Shown: in pieces, positions 63,325-64,000 of the stretch | Numbering within the stretch: the first letter of the stretch is position 1 | How the letters are laid out: every line of letters starts with the position of its first letter | DNA from: an uncultured Acidobacteriota bacterium | GTDB lineage: Bacteria > Acidobacteriota > Thermoanaerobaculia > Multivoradales > UBA5704 | Direction of reading: 5' to 3' | NCBI GenBank assembly: GCA_963792575.1 | Contig: CAWBWZ010000010.1 | Span: 285,703-349,702, forward strand | Length of the DNA stretch: 64,000 nt | The notes under the pieces: generated by a model | The model's input: only the letters and a program-made list of their open reading frames with translations | Told to the model about the DNA's origin: nothing | Databases searched by the model: none | Position numbers and translations under genes: made by a program

Positions 63325-64000
63325 CTGCCCGCTCGCCTCGCCAGGCGGCCCAGATCCAGATCAGGCCGGCGACGCCGAAGGCGGCGGGGAGGATCAGCAG
63401 GGCGCGGGCGAGCGAGGAGTGCTCGGAGACGAGGCCGACCAGCGGCGGTGAAGGGATGTCCCCGAGCACGTGAATGGCGAGAATCGAGAGCGCTACCGCC
63501 GTCGCCCGCCGGTCCGGCGCCACCACGTTGAGGATCGCCGAATTGATCGGCCCGGTCGAAATGAAGATCAGCAGCTCGGCGATCACCATCGCCGTCGTGT
63601 AGGCCCAGCGGTCGGGAGCGGTGAAGACCATCCAGGCGAACGGCACGGCGGCGAGCGTGGCGATCCCCGAGACCCAGAGATAGGACTCCCGGAAGCGGGG
63701 CAGCAGGCGATCGCCGAGCCAGCCGCCGAGGAAGGTGCCGAGGAACCCCGTCACCACGATGATGGCCCCGAACTGCACCGTGGCGTCGGTGGGCGAGAGA
63801 TGCCGCTCGCGCTGGAGGAAGGCCGGAACCCACCAGGCCAGGGCGCCGAGGGCGAAGGTGTAAGCGGCGTAGCCGAGGACGATCAAGGTGTAAGGGGTGT
63901 TGCGGAGCAGCGAGGCATAAACCGCGAGCGCCTGCCGGCTCCCCACCGGCCCCGCCACCGCATGGGACGCCACACCGTCCTGGGCACCCCGGGGCGGGTC
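63308..64000 (-). CDS. MFS transporter, spinster-like (partial, 5' end outside window)
   Basis: WWVPAFL, GGWLGDRL, GPINSAILNVV, IHVLGDIPSP. Confidence 0.82.
   Translation of the reverse strand, partial: DPPRGAQDGVASHAVAGPVGSRQALAVYASLLRNTPYTLIVLGYAAYTFALGALAWWVPAFLQRERHLSPTDATVQFGAIIVVTGFLGTFLGGWLGDRLLPRFRESYLWVSGIATLAAVPFAWMVFTAPDRWAYTTAMVIAELLIFISTGPINSAILNVVAPDRRATAVALSILAIHVLGDIPSPPLVGLVSEHSSLARALLILPAAFGVAGLIWIWAAWRGERAGKPRT

Overview
GC-rich 64-kb bacterial window. Lineage-typical protein families suggest Acidobacteriota/Thermoanaerobaculia (inference). Many genes carry single-base frameshifts that look like long-read consensus errors. Housekeeping and transport genes include an Fe3+-type ABC transporter, LmbE deacetylase, sucA, OPT, penicillin acylase, UbiD, SLC13, xfp/ackA, mltA, NCS2, pyrF and tRNA-Glu(CTC). 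Interleaved with them are NLR/conflict-like genes (YCF48-KAP NTPase, SEFIR-TPR, TIR-nSTAND1-WD40), a lower-GC CHAT-protease island downstream of the tRNA, an MNT-HEPN toxin-antitoxin pair, a Fic gene and several REP-like palindrome families. Two loci stand out. (1) 54.8-56.5 kb: a non-coding array of about 18 degenerate RAGCTTG boxes at ~20.6-bp spacing abuts a consensus TTGACA-19-TATAAT promoter. That promoter points through a ~260-nt leader to a small helical basic-tailed protein, and a perfect 15-bp inverted repeat brackets the unit. (2) 59.9-62.5 kb: a grasp-with-SPASM RiPP operon with two unannotated double-glycine precursor peptides.
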